This document shows positions 42,601-55,122 of a stretch of 64,000 nucleotides of DNA, one piece after another. The DNA is from Lingula anatina (Eukaryota > Animalia > Brachiopoda): the NCBI GenBank assembly GCA_051362555.1, contig CM120642.1, positions 12,152,001 through 12,216,000 on the forward strand, written 5' to 3'. A program made the translations under genes and the position numbers. The notes beneath the pieces were generated by a model that had not been told where the DNA came from, did no database searches, and worked only from the letters and a program-made list of their open reading frames with translations. Positions within the stretch are counted from its first letter, which is position 1. Each line of letters begins with the position of its first letter.

Positions 42601-45600
42601 AATTTTCCAAAAAGTGATGAAAATCAATCTACCACACCTGTCATTCATAAAAAATGTGGAAACGCGCCCGGATCACTTCATTAAAGCCCCCAATTTCAGC
42701 TTTAAAGATGGCCAAAAAGCACACCTGAGAACAGGATTTGGAGAGAGGGGGGGTGGAGAGAGTTTTTGCTCTATTTCTTCCTTAATAATGACACAACCAC
42801 TCTTCCAGCACTTAATTCTGACTACAAATGACCAAACACACCTACCAGACACTATAATGAAGAAAAAAATTTTTCAACCCTACCTGGCCAAAATTGAAGA
42901 AAACTGCCATATCCGGACCTTACGAAAATCACTCAAAATCACCCAAAAATGACCCGTCACCAAATTTTCCAAAAAGTGATGAAAATCAATCTACCACACC
43001 TGTCATTCATAAAAAATGTGGAAACGCGCCCGGATCACTTCATTAAAGCCCCCAATTTCAGCTTTAAAGATGGCCAAAAAGCACACCTGAGAACAGGATT
43101 TGGAGAGAGGGGGGGTGGAGAGAGTTTTTGCTCTATTTCTTCCTTAATAATGACACAACCACTCTTCCAGCACTTTATTCTGACTACAAATGACCAAACA
43201 CACCTACCAGACACTATAATGAAGAAAAAAATTTTTCAACCCTACCTGGCCAAAATTGAAGAAAACTGCCATATCCGGACCTTACGAAAATCACTCAAAA
43301 TCACCCAAAAATGACCCGTCACCAAATTTTCCAAAAAGTGATGAAAATCAATCTACCACACCTGTCATTCATAAAAAATGTGGAAACGCGCCCGGATCAC
43401 TTCATTAAAGCCCCCAATTTCAGCTTTAAAGATGGCCAAAAAGCACACCTGAGAACAGGATTTGGAGAGAGGGGGGGTGGAGAGAGTTTTTGCTCTATTT
43501 CTTCCTTAATAATGACACAACCACTCTTCCAGCACTTTATTCTGACTACAAATGACCAAACACACCTACCAGACACTATAATGAAGAAAAAAATTTTTCA
43601 ACCCTACCTGGCCAAAATTGAAGAAAACTGCCATATCCGGACCTTACGAAAATCACTCAAAATCACCCAAAAATGACCCGTCACCAAATTTTCCAAAAAG
43701 TGATGAAAATCAATCTACCACACCTGTCATTCATAAAAAACGTGGAAACGCGCCCGGATCACTTCATTAAAGCCCCCAATTTCAGCTTTAAAGATGGCCA
43801 AAAAGCACACCTGAGAACAGGATTTGGAGAGAGGGGGGGTGGAGAGAGTTTTTGCTCTATTTCTTCCTTAATAATGACACAACCTCTCTTCCAGCACTTT
43901 ATTCTGACTACAAATGACCAAACACACCTACCAGACACTATAATGAAGAAAAAAATTTTTCAACCCTACCTGGCCAAAATTGAAGAAAACTGCCATATCC
44001 GGACCTTACGAAAATCACTCAAAATCACCCAAAAATGACCCGTCACCAAATTTTCCAAAAAGTGATGAAAATCAATCTACCACACCTGTCATTCATAAAA
44101 AATGTGGAAACGCGCCCGGATCACTTCATTAAAGCCCCCAATTTCAGCTTTAAAGATGGCCAAAAAGCACACCTGAGAACAGGATTTGGAGAGAGTTTTT
44201 GCTCTATTTCTTCCTTAATAATGACACAACCACTCTTCCAGCACTTTATTCTGACTACAAATGACCAAACACACCTACCAGACACTATAATGAAGAAAAA
44301 AATTTTTCAACCCTACCTGGCCAAAATTGAAGAAAACTGCCATATCCGGACCTTACGAAAATCACTCAAAATCACCCAAAAATGACCCGTCACCAAATTT
44401 TCCAAAAAGTGATGAAAATCAATCTACCACACCTGTCATTCATAAAAAATGTGGAAACGCGCCCGGATCACTTCATTAAAGCCCCCAATTTCAGCTTTAA
44501 AGATGGCCAAAAAGCACACCTGAGAACAGGATTTGGAGAGAGGGGGGGTGGAGAGAGTTTTTGCTCTATTTCTTCCTTAATAATGACACAACCACTCTTC
44601 CAGCACTTTATTCTGACTACAAATGACCAAACACACCTACCAGACACTATAATGAAGAAAAAAATTTTTCAACCCTACCTGGCCAAAATTGAAGAAAACT
44701 GCCATATCCGAACCTTACGAAAATCACTCAACATCACCCAAAAATGACCCGTCACCAAATTTTCCAAAAAGTGATGAAAATCAATCTACCACACCTGTCA
44801 TTCATAAAAAATGTGGAAACGCGCCCGGATCACTTCATTAAAGCCCCCAATTTCAGCTTTAAAGATGGCCAAAAAGCACACCTGAGAACAGGATTTGGAG
44901 AGAGGGGGGGGTGGAGAGAGTTTTTGCTCTATTTCTTCCTTAATAATGACACAACCACTCTTCCAGCACTTTATTCTGACTACAAATGACCAAACACACC
45001 TACCAGACACTATAATGAAGAAAAAAATTTTTCAACCCTACCTGGCCAAAATTGAAGAAAACTGCCATATCCGGACCTTACGAAAATCACTCAAAATCAC
45101 CCAAAAAATGACCCGTCACCAAATTTTCCAAAAAGTGATGAAAATCAATCTACCACACCTGTCATTCATAAAAAATGTGGAAACGCGCCCGGATCACTTC
45201 ATTAAAGCCCCCAATTTCAGCTTTAAAGATGGCCAAAAAGCACACCTGAGAACAGGATTTGGAGAGAGGGGGGGTGGAGAGAGTTTTTGCTCTATTTCTT
45301 CCTTAATAATGACACAACCACTCTTCCAGCACTTTATTCTGACTACAAATGACCAAACACACCTACCAGACACTATAATGAAGAAAAAAATTTTTCAACC
45401 CTACCTGGCCAAAATTGAAGAAAACTGCCATACCTGGACCTTACGAAAATCACTCAAAATCACCCAAAAATGACCCGTCACCAAATTTTCCAAAAAGTGA
45501 TGAAAATCAATCTACCACACCTGTCATTCATAAAAAATGTGGAAACGCGCCCGGATCACTTCATTAAAGCCCCCAATTTCAGCTTTAAAGATGGCCAAAA

Positions 45601-48600
45601 AGCACACCTGAGAACAGGATTTGGAGAGAGTTTTTGCTCTATTTCTTCCTTAATAATGACACAACCACTCTTCCAGCACTTTATTCTGACTACAAATGAC
45701 CAAACACACCTACCAGACACTATAATGAAGAAAAAAATTTTTCAACCCTACCTGGCCAAAATTGAAGAAAACTGCCATATCCGGACCTTACGAAAATCAC
45801 TCAAAATCACCCAAAAATGACCCGTCACCAAATTTTCCAAAAAGTGATGAAAATCAATCTACCACACCTGTCATTCATAAAAAATGTGGAAACGCGCCCG
45901 GATCACTTCATTAAAGCCCCCAATTTCAGCTTTAAAGATGGCCAAAAAGCACACCTGAGAACAGGATTTGGAGAGAGGGGGGGTGGAGAGAGTTTTTGCT
46001 CTATTTCTTCCTTAATAATGACACAACCACTCTTCCAGCACTTTATTCTGACTACAAATGACCAAACACACCTACCAGACACTATAATGAAGAAAAAAAT
46101 TTTTCAACCCTACCTGGCCAAAATTGAAGAAAACTGCCATATCCGGACCTTACGAAAATCACTCAAAATCACCCAAAAATGACCCGTCACCAAATTTTCC
46201 AAAAAGTGATGAAAATCAATCTACCACACCTGTCATTCATAAAAAATGTGGAAACGCGCCCGGATCACTTCATTAAAGCCCCCAATTTCAGCTTTAAAGA
46301 TGGCCAAAAAGCACACCTGAGAACAGGATTTGGAGAGAGGGGGGGTGGAGAGAGTTTTTGCTCTATTTCTTCCTTAATAATGACACAACCACTCTTCCAG
46401 CACTTTATTCTGACTACAAATGACCAAACACACCTACCAGACACTATAATGAAGAAAAAAATTTTTCAACCCTACCTGGCCAAAATTGAAGAAAACTGCC
46501 ATATCCGGACCTTACGAAAATCACTCAAAATCACCCAAAAATGACCCGTCACCAAATTTTCCAAAAAGTGATGAAAATCAATCTACCACACCTGTCATTC
46601 ATAAAAAATGTGGAAACGCGCCCGGATCACTTCATTAAAGCCCCCAATTTCAGCTTTAAAGATGGCCAAAAAGCACACCTGAGAACAGGATTTGGAGAGA
46701 GGGGGGGTGGAGAGAGTTTTTGCTCTATTTCTTCCTTAATAATGACACAACCACTCTTCCAGCACTTTATTCTGACTACAAATGACCAAACACACCTACC
46801 AGACACTATAATGAAGAAAAAAATTTTTCAACCCTACCTGGCCAAAATTGAAGAAAACTGCCATATCCGGACCTTACGAAAATCACTCAAAATCACCCAA
46901 AAATGACCCGTCACCAAATTTTCCAAAAAGTGATGAAAATCAATCTACCACACCTGTCATTCATAAAAAATGTGGAAACGCGCCCGGATCACTTCATTAA
47001 AGCCCCCAATTTCAGCTTTAAAGATGGCCAAAAAGCACACCTGAGAACAGGATTTGGAGAGAGGGGGGGTGGAGAGAGTTTTTGCTCTATTTCTTCCTTA
47101 ATAATGACACAACCACTCTTCCAGCACTTTATTCTGACTACAAATGACCAAACACACCTACCAGACACTATAATGAAGAAAAAAATTTTTCAACCCTACC
47201 TGGCCAAAATTGAAGAAAACTGCCATATCCGGACCTTACGAAAATCACTCAAAATCACCCAAAAATGACCCGTCACCAAATTTTCCAAAAAGTGATGAAA
47301 ATCAATCTACCACACCTGTCATTCATAAAAAATGTGGAAACGCGCCCGGATCACTTCATTAAAGCCCCCAATTTCAGCTTTAAAGATGGCCAAAAAGCAC
47401 ACCTGAGAACAGGATTTGGAGAGAGGGGGGGTGGAGAGAGTTTTTGCTCTATTTCTTCCTTAATAATGACACAACCACTCTTCCAGCACTTTATTCTGAC
47501 TACAAATGACCAAACACACCTACCAGACCCTATAATGAAGAAAAAAATTTTTCAACCCTACCTGGCCAAAATTGAAGAAAACTGCCATATCCGGACCTTA
47601 CGAAAATCACTCAAAATCACCCAAAAATGACCCGTCACCAAATTTTCCAAAAAGTGATGAAAATCAATCTACCACACCTGTCATTCATAAAAAATGTGGA
47701 AACGCGCCCGGATCACTTCATTAAAGCCCCCAATTTCAGCTTTAAAGATGGCCAAAAAGCACACCTGAGAACAGGATTTGGAGAGAGGGGGGGTGGAGAG
47801 AGTTTTTGCTCTATTTCTTCCTTAATAATGACACAACCACTCTTCCAGCACTTTATTCTGACTACAAATGACCAAACACACCTACCAGACACTATAATGA
47901 AGAAAAAAATTTTTCAACCCTACCTGGCCAAAATTGAAGAAAACTGCCATATCCGGACCTTACGAAAATCACTCAAAATCACCCAAAAATGACCCGTCAC
48001 CAAATTTTCCAAAAAGTGATGAAAATCAATCTACCACACCTGTCATTCATAAAAAATGTGGAAACGCGCCCGGATCACTTCATTAAAGCCCCCAATTTCA
48101 GCTTTAAAGATGGCCAAAAAGCACACCTGAGAACAGGATTTGGAGAGAGGGGGGGTGGAGAGAGTTTTTGCTCTATTTCTTCCTTAATAATGACACAACC
48201 ACTCTTCCAGCACTTTATTCTGACTACAAATGACCAAACACACCTACCAGACACTATAATGAAGAAAAAAATTTTTCAACCCTACCTGGCCAAAATTGAA
48301 GAAAACTGCCATATCCGGACCTTACGAAAATCACTCAAAATCACCCAAAAATGACCCGTCACCAAATTTTCCAAAAAGTGATGAAAATCAATCTACCACA
48401 CCTGTCATTCATAAAAAATGTGGAAACGCGCCCGGATCACTTCATTAAAGCCCCCAATTTCAGCTTTAAAGATGGCCAAAAAGCACACCTGAGAACAGGA
48501 TTTGGAGAGGGGGGGGGTGGAGAGAGTTTTTGCTCTATTTCTTCCTTAATAATGACACAACCACTCTTCCAGCACTTTATTCTGACTACAAATGACCAAA

Positions 48601-51600
48601 CACACCTACCAGACACTATAATGAAGAAAAAAATTTTTCAACCCTACCTGGCCAAAATTGAAGAAAACTGCCATATCCGGACCTTACGAAAATCACTCAA
48701 AATCACCCAAAAATGACCCGTCACCAAATTTTCCAAAAAGTGATGAAAATCAATCTACCACACCTGTCATTCATAAAAAATGTGGAAACGCGCCCGGATC
48801 ACTTCATTAAAGCCCCCAATTTCAGCTTTAAAGATGGCCAAAAAGCACACCTGAGAACAGGATTTGGAGAGAGGGGGGGTGGAGAGAGTTTTTGCTCTAT
48901 TTCTTCCTTAATAATGACACAACCACTCTTCCAGCACTTTATTCTGACTACAAATGACCAAACACACCTACCAGACACTATAATGAAGAAAAAAATTTTT
49001 CAACCCTACCTGGCCAAAATTGAAGAAAACTGCCATATCCGGACCTTACGAAAATCACTCAAAATCACCCAAAAATGACCCGTCACCAAATTTTCCAAAA
49101 AGTGATGAAAATCAATCTACCACACCTGTCATTCATAAAAAATGTGGAAATGCGCCCGGATCACTTCATTAAAGCCCCCAATTTCAGCTTTAAAGATGGC
49201 CAAAAAGCACACCTGAGAACAGGATTTGGAGAGAGGGGGGGTGGAGAGAGTTTTTGCTCTATTTCTTCCTTAATAATGAAACAACCACTCTTCCAGCACT
49301 TTATTCTGACTACAAATGACCAAACACACCTACCAGACACTATAATGAAGAAAAAAATTTTTCAACCCTACCTGGCCAAAATTGAAGAAAACTGCCATAT
49401 CCGGACCTTACGAAAATCACTCAAAATCACCCAAAAATGACCCGTCACCAAATTTTCCAAAAAGTGATGAAAATCAATCTACCACACCTGTCATTCATAA
49501 AAAATGTGGAAACGCGCCCGGATCACTTCATTAAAGCCCCCAATTTCAGCTTTAAAGATGGCCAAAAAGCACACCTGAGAACAGGATTTGGAGAGAGGGG
49601 GGGTGGAGAGAGTTTTTGCTCTATTTCTTCCTTAATAATGACACAACCACTCTTCCAGCACTTTATTCTGACTACAAATGACCAAACACACCTACCAGAC
49701 ACTATAATGAAGAAAAAAATTTTTTAACCCTACCTGGCCAAAATTGAAGAAAACTGCCATATCCGGACCTTACGAAAATCACTCAAAATCACCCAAAAAT
49801 GACCCGTCACCAAATTTTCCAAAAAGTGATGAAAATCAATCTACCACACCTGTCATTCATAAAAAATGTGGAAACGCGCCCGGATCACTTCATTAAAGCC
49901 CCCAATTTCAGCTTTAAAGATGGCCAAAAAGCACACCTGAGAACAGGATTTGGAGAGAGGGGGGGTGGAGAGAGTTTTTGCTCTATTTCTTCCTTAATAA
50001 TGACACAACCACTCTTCCAGCACTTTATTCTGACTACAAATGACCAAACACACCTACCAGACACTATAATGAGGAAAAAAATTTTTCAACCCTACCTGGC
50101 CAAAATTGAAGAAAACTGCCATATCCGGACCTTACGAAAATCACTCAAAATCACCCAAAAATGACCCGTCACCAAATTTTCCAAAAAGTGATGAAAATCA
50201 ATCTACCACACCTGTCATTCATAAAAAATGTGGAAACGCGCCCGGATCACTTCATTAAAGCCCCCAATTTCAGCTTTAAAGATGGCCAAAAAGCACACCT
50301 GAGAACAGGATTTGGAGAGAGGGGGGGTGGAGAGAGTTTTTGCTCTATTTCTTCCTTAATAATGACACAACCACTCTTCCAGCACTTTATTCTGACTACA
50401 AATGACCAAACACACCTACCAGACACTATAATGAAGAAAAAAATTTTTCAACCCTACCTGGCCAAAATTGAAGAAAACTGCCATATCCGGACCTTACGAA
50501 AATCACTCAAAATCACCCAAAAATGACCCGTCACCAAATTTTCCAAAAAGTGATGAAAATCAATCTACCACACCTGTCATTCATAAAAAATGTGGAAACG
50601 CGCCCGGATCACTTCATTAAAGCCCCCAATTTCAGCTTTAAAGATGGCCAAAAAGCACACCTGAGAACAGGATTTGGAGAGAGGGGGGGTGGAGAGAGTT
50701 TTTGCTCTATTTCTTCCTTAATAATGACACAACCACTCTTCCAGCACTTTATTCTGACTACAAATGACCAAACACACCTACCAGACACTATAATGAAGAA
50801 AAAAATTTTTCAACCCTACCTGGCCAAAATTGAAGAAAACTGCCATATCCGGACCTTACGAAAATCACTCAAAATCACCCAAAAATGACCCGTCACCAAA
50901 TTTTCCAAAAAGTGATGAAAATCAATCTACCACACCTGTCATTCATAAAAAATGTGGAAACGCGCCCGGATCACTTCATTAAAGCCCCCAATTTCAGCTT
51001 TAAAGATGGCCAAAAAGCACACCTGAGAACAGGATTTGGAGAGAGGGGGGGTGGAGAGAGTTTTTGCTCTATTTCTTCCTTAATAATGACACAACCACTC
51101 TTCCAGCACTTTATTCTGACTACAAATGACCAAACACACCTACCAGACACTATAATGAAGAAAAAAATTTTTCAACCCTACCTGGCCAAAATTGAAGAAA
51201 ACTGCCATATCCGGACCTTACGAAAATCACTCAAAATCACCCAAAAATGACCCGTCACCAAATTTTCCAAAAAGTGATGAAAATCAATCTACCACACCTG
51301 TCATTCATAAAAAATGTGGAAACGCGCCCGGATCACTTCATTAAAGCCCCCAATTTCAGCTTTAAAGATGGCCAAAAAGCACACCTGAGAACAGGATTTG
51401 GAGAGAGGGGGGGTGGAGAGAGTTTTTGCTCTATTTCTTCCTTAATAATGACACAACCACTCTTCCAGCACTTTATTCTGACTACAAATGACCAAACACA
51501 CCTACCAGACACTATAATGAAGAAAAAAATTTTTCAACCCTACCTGGCCAAAATTGAAGAAAACTGCCATATCCGGACCTTACGAAAATCACTCAAAATC

Positions 51601-54497
51601 ACCCAAAAATGACCCGTCACCAAATTTTCCAAAAAGTGATGAAAATCAATCTACCACACCTGTCATTCATAAAAAATGTGGAAACGCGCCCGGATCACTT
51701 CATTAAAGCCCCCAATTTCAGCTTTAAAGATGGCCAAAAAGCACACCTGAGAACAGGATTTGGAGAGAGGGGGGGTGGAGAGAGTTTTTGCTCTATTTCT
51801 TCCTTAATAATGACACAACCACTCTTCCAGCACTTTATTCTGACTACAAATGACCAAACACACCTACCAGACACTATAATGAAGAAAAAAATTTTTCAAC
51901 CCTACCTGGCCAAAATTGAAGAAAACTGCCATATCCGGACCTTACGAAAATCACTCAAAATCACCCAAAAATGACCCGTCACCAAATTTTCCAAAAAGTG
52001 ATGAAAATCAATCTACCACACCTGTCATTCATAAAAAATGTGGAAACGCGCCCGGATCACTTCATTAAAGCCCCCAATTTCAGCTTTAAAGATGGCCAAA
52101 AAGCACACCTGAGAACAGGATTTGGAGAGAGGGGGGGTGGAGAGAGTTTTTGCTCTATTTCTTCCTTAATAATGACACAACCACTCTTCCAGCACTTTAT
52201 TCTGACTACAAATGACCAAACACACCTACCAGACACTATAATGAAGAAAAAAATTTTTCAACCCTACCTGGCCAAAATTGAAGAAAACTGCCATATCCGG
52301 ACCTTACGAAAATCACTCAAAATCACCCAAAAATGACCCGTCACCAAATTTTCCAAAAAGTGATGAAAATCAATCTGCCACACCTGTCATTCATAAAAAA
52401 TGTGGAAACGCGCCCGGATCACTTCATTAAAGCCCCCAATTTCAGCTTTAAAGATGGCCAAAAAGCACACCTGAGAACAGGATTTGGAGAGAGGGGGGGT
52501 GGAGAGAGTTTTTGCTCTATTTCTTCCTTAATAATGACACAACCACTCTTCCAGCACTTTATTCTGACTACAAATGACCAAACACACCTACCAGACACTA
52601 TAATGAAGAAAAAAATTTTTCAACCCTACCTGGCCAAAATTGAAGAAAACTGCCATATCCGGACCTTACGAAATTCACTCAAAATCACCCAAAAATGACC
52701 CGTCACCAAATTTTCCAAAAAGTGATGAAAATCAATCTACCACACCTGTCATTCATAAAAAATGTGGAAACGCGCCCGGATCACTTCATTAAAGCCCCCA
52801 ATTTCAGCTTTAAAGATGGCCAAAAAGCACACCTGAGAACAGGATTTGGAGAGAGGGGGGGTGGAGAGAGTTTTTGCTCTATTTCTTCCTTAATAATGAC
52901 ACAACCACTCTTCCAGCACTTTATTCTGACTACAAATGACCAAACACACCTACCAGACACTATAATGAAGAAAAAAATTTTTCAACCCTACCTGGCCAAA
53001 ATTGAAGAAAACTGCCATATCCGGACCTTACGAAAATCACTCAAAATCACCCAAAAATGACCCGTCACCAAATTTTCCAAAAAGTGATGAAAATCAATCT
53101 ACCACACCTGTCATTCATAAAAAATGTGGAAACGCGCCCGGATCACTTCATTAAAGCCCCCAATTTCAGCTTTAAAGATGGCCAAAAAGCACACCTGAGA
53201 ACAGGATTTGGAGAGAGGGGGGGTGGAGAGAGTTTTTGCTCTATTTCTTCCTTAATAATGACACAACCACTCTTCCAGCACTTTATTCTGACTACAAATG
53301 ACCAAACACACCTACCAGACACTATAATGAAGAAAAAAATTTTTCAACCCTACCTGGCCAAAATTGAAGAAAACTGCCATATCCGGACCTTACGAAAATC
53401 ACTCAAAATCACCCAAAAATGACCCGTCACCAAATTTTCCAAAAAGTGATGAAAATCAATCTACCACACCTGTCATTCATAAAAAATGTGGAAACGCGCC
53501 CGGATCACTTCATTAAAGCCCCAAATTTCAGCTTTAAAGATGGCCAAAAAGCACACCTGAGAACAGGATTTGGAGAGAGGGGGGGTGGAGAGAGTTTTTG
53601 CTCTATTTCTTCCTTAATAATGACACAACCACTCTTCCAGCACTTTATTCTGACTACAAATGACCAAACACACCTACCAGACACTATAATGAAGAAAAAA
53701 AATTTTCAACCCTACCTGGCCAAAATTGAAGAAAACTGCCATATCCGGACCTTACGAAAATCACTCAAAATCACCCAAAAATGACCCGTCACCAAATTTT
53801 CCAAAAAGTGATGAAAATCAATCTGCCACACCTGTCATTCATAAAAAATGTGGAAACGCGCCCGGATCACTTCATTAAAGCCCCCAATTTCAGCTTTAAA
53901 GATGGCCAAAAAGCACACCTGAGAACAGGATTTGGAGAGAGGGGGGGTGGAGAGAGTTTTTGCTCTATTTCTTCCTTAATAATGACACAACCACTCTTCC
54001 AGCACTTTATTCTGACTACAAATGACCAAACACACCTACCAGACACTATAATGAAGAAAAAAATTTTTCAACCCTACCTGGCCAAAATTGAAGAAAACTG
54101 CCATATCCGGACCTTACGAAAATCACTCAAAATCACCCAAAAATGACCCGTCACCAAATTTTCCAAAAAGTGATGAAAATCAATCTACCACACCTGTCAT
54201 TCATAAAAAATGTGGAAACGCGCCCGGATCACTTCATTAAAGCCCCCAATTTCAGCTTTAAAGATGGCCAAAAAGCACACCTGAGAACAGGATTTGGAGA
54301 GAGGGGGGGTGGAGAGAGTTTTTGCTCTATTTCTTCCTTAATAATGACACAACCACTCTTCCAGCACTTTATTCTGACTACAAATGACCAAACACACCTA
54401 CCAGACACTATAATGAAGAAAAAAATTTTTCAACCCTACCTGGCCAAAATTGAAGAAAACTGCCATATCCGGACCTTACGAAAATCACTCAAAATCA

Positions 54498-54505
54498 CCC
54501 AAAAA
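54498..54505 (+). repeat. Target-site duplication, left copy (CCCAAAAA)
   Basis: The empty site in other monomers reads ATCA-CCCAAAAA-TGACC. The filled site reads ATCA-CCCAAAAA-[element]-CCCAAAAA-TGACC. Confidence 0.95.
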
Positions 54506-54582
54506 CACCCTGAGCTTCAGAGATAACTTGACACTAACCTCTTCATTATAGCCTATCTTCATCGTGTCAAGTTACCTCTGAC
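54506..54582 (+). repeat. Left terminal inverted repeat (77 bp)
   Basis: Matches the reverse complement of 55046-55122 at 74 of 77 positions. The first 40 bp are identical; the mismatches are at TIR positions 41, 42 and 49. Confidence 0.97.
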
Positions 54583-54600
54583 GAAAATAGTTTGACCTAG

Positions 54601-54739
54601 TTTATATAAGCCAATCGAATCCAAGTTTCAAAATTTTTCACCAAAGTTTGGTGAAAACGCTGATTGGTTGACCGTCAATCGGTAACCCTCGGCTGATTCC
54701 GCAAGCGAGTGCATAACCGTGCACAAAGAAAGCATGGCG
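54601..54739 (+). promoter_or_regulatory. Putative promoter region upstream of the helicase remnant
   Basis: TTTATATAAG at 54601-54610, CCAATC at 54611, GATTGG at 54662, and an ATG in a good eukaryotic context (AGCATGGCG) at 54734. These are motif matches only. Confidence 0.3.
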
Positions 54740-54955
54740 TCTTCTACGAGTGACTACGTAAAATAATGTGTTAAGTTATCTCTTGATTCTTTGAAAAATA
54801 TGAGTATATCGGAATTGAAACCAGAGCAGTTTGAGGCCCTGCATCATTATCTACTGAGGGATGATGTATTTTGCGTGCTGCCCACAGGTTACGGCAAGTC
54901 CCTGATATTGAGCCTTATCTCTGATTGGTCCGGATTTGAACAAAGCGCGCTTTGA
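54734..54955 (+). pseudogene. 5' fragment of a RecQ-like superfamily 2 helicase gene (motif 0/Q motif plus Walker A), truncated
   Basis: Manual translation from ATG 54734: MASSTSDYVK*CVKLSLDSLKNMSISELKPEQFEALHHYLLRDDVFCVLPTGYGKSLI-LSLISDWSGFEQSAL*. LKPEQ..EA followed at the usual spacing by DVFCVLPTGYGKSL fits the RecQ pattern (F/L)(R/K)xxQxEA...D(V)xxxxPTGxGKSL. There is an in-frame TAA at 54764-54766. Similarity is lost after about 54907, where YQ/FQ would be expected. Confidence 0.85.
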
Positions 54956-55033
54956 CTCGTTCACGTTCATTGGCTAGATCGTTCAATGAGTCATTGAGTG
55001 CGGGCTTTAAATTTGATTGGCGGGCGGCGGGGG
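54923..55033 (-). promoter_or_regulatory. Putative Pol II promoter module inside the right end of the element (3 CCAAT boxes, GC box, AP-1-like site)
   Basis: ATTGG occurs at 54924, 54969 and 55016 (spacing 45 and 47 bp), GGGCGG at 55022 and TGAGTCA at 54987. These are motif matches only. Confidence 0.35.
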
Positions 55034-55045
55034 CAATCGAATGTG

Positions 55046-55122
55046 GTCAGAGGTAACTTGACACGATGAAGATGGGCTATTGTGAAGAGGTTAGTGTCAA
55101 GTTATCTCTGAAGCTCAGGGTG
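55046..55122 (-). repeat. Right terminal inverted repeat (77 bp)
   Basis: GTCAGAGGTAACTTGACACG...GTGTCAAGTTATCTCTGAAGCTCAGGGTG is the reverse complement of the left TIR. Confidence 0.97.

Larger units (their letters stand above)
1..54505. repeat. 362-bp tandem satellite array, left part (about 150 monomers)
   Basis: The same sequence recurs with a 362-bp period (unit starts 283, 645, 1007, ...), with only scattered substitutions and small indels. A hand count gives about 145 G+C per 362 bp. The array runs off the left edge of the window. Confidence 0.99.
54506..55122. mobile_element. 617-bp non-autonomous TIR DNA transposon (MITE-sized deletion derivative) carrying a RecQ-like helicase remnant; AcademH-like candidate
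   Basis: Non-satellite sequence running 5'-CACCCTGAGCTTCAGAG...CTCTGAAGCTCAGGGTG-3' with 77-bp TIRs. It is flanked by a duplicated CCCAAAAA that occurs once at this position in uninterrupted monomers. No transposase ORF. The element call is seen directly; the superfamily assignment is inference. Confidence 0.95.

Noticed and set aside
54143-54526. 127-aa ORF with a novel C-terminus (HPELQR)
   Set aside because: This is read-through of the satellite frame into the left TIR because the insertion separated it from its TGA.
54800-54955. Intact 51-aa small protein starting at ATG 54800
   Set aside because: It contains only helicase motif 0 and Walker A fused to a short unrelated tail and cannot form a helicase domain. 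It is treated as a pseudogene fragment.
54506-55122. Helitron, SINE, solo LTR or bacterial IS identity for the insertion
   Set aside because: Long TIRs plus an 8-bp TSD argue against a Helitron (no TSD; its helicase is PIF1-like superfamily 1). There is no poly(A) tail or Pol III boxes for a SINE. The ends are CA...TG, not the TG...CA of LTRs. There is no transposase, and the context is eukaryote-like.
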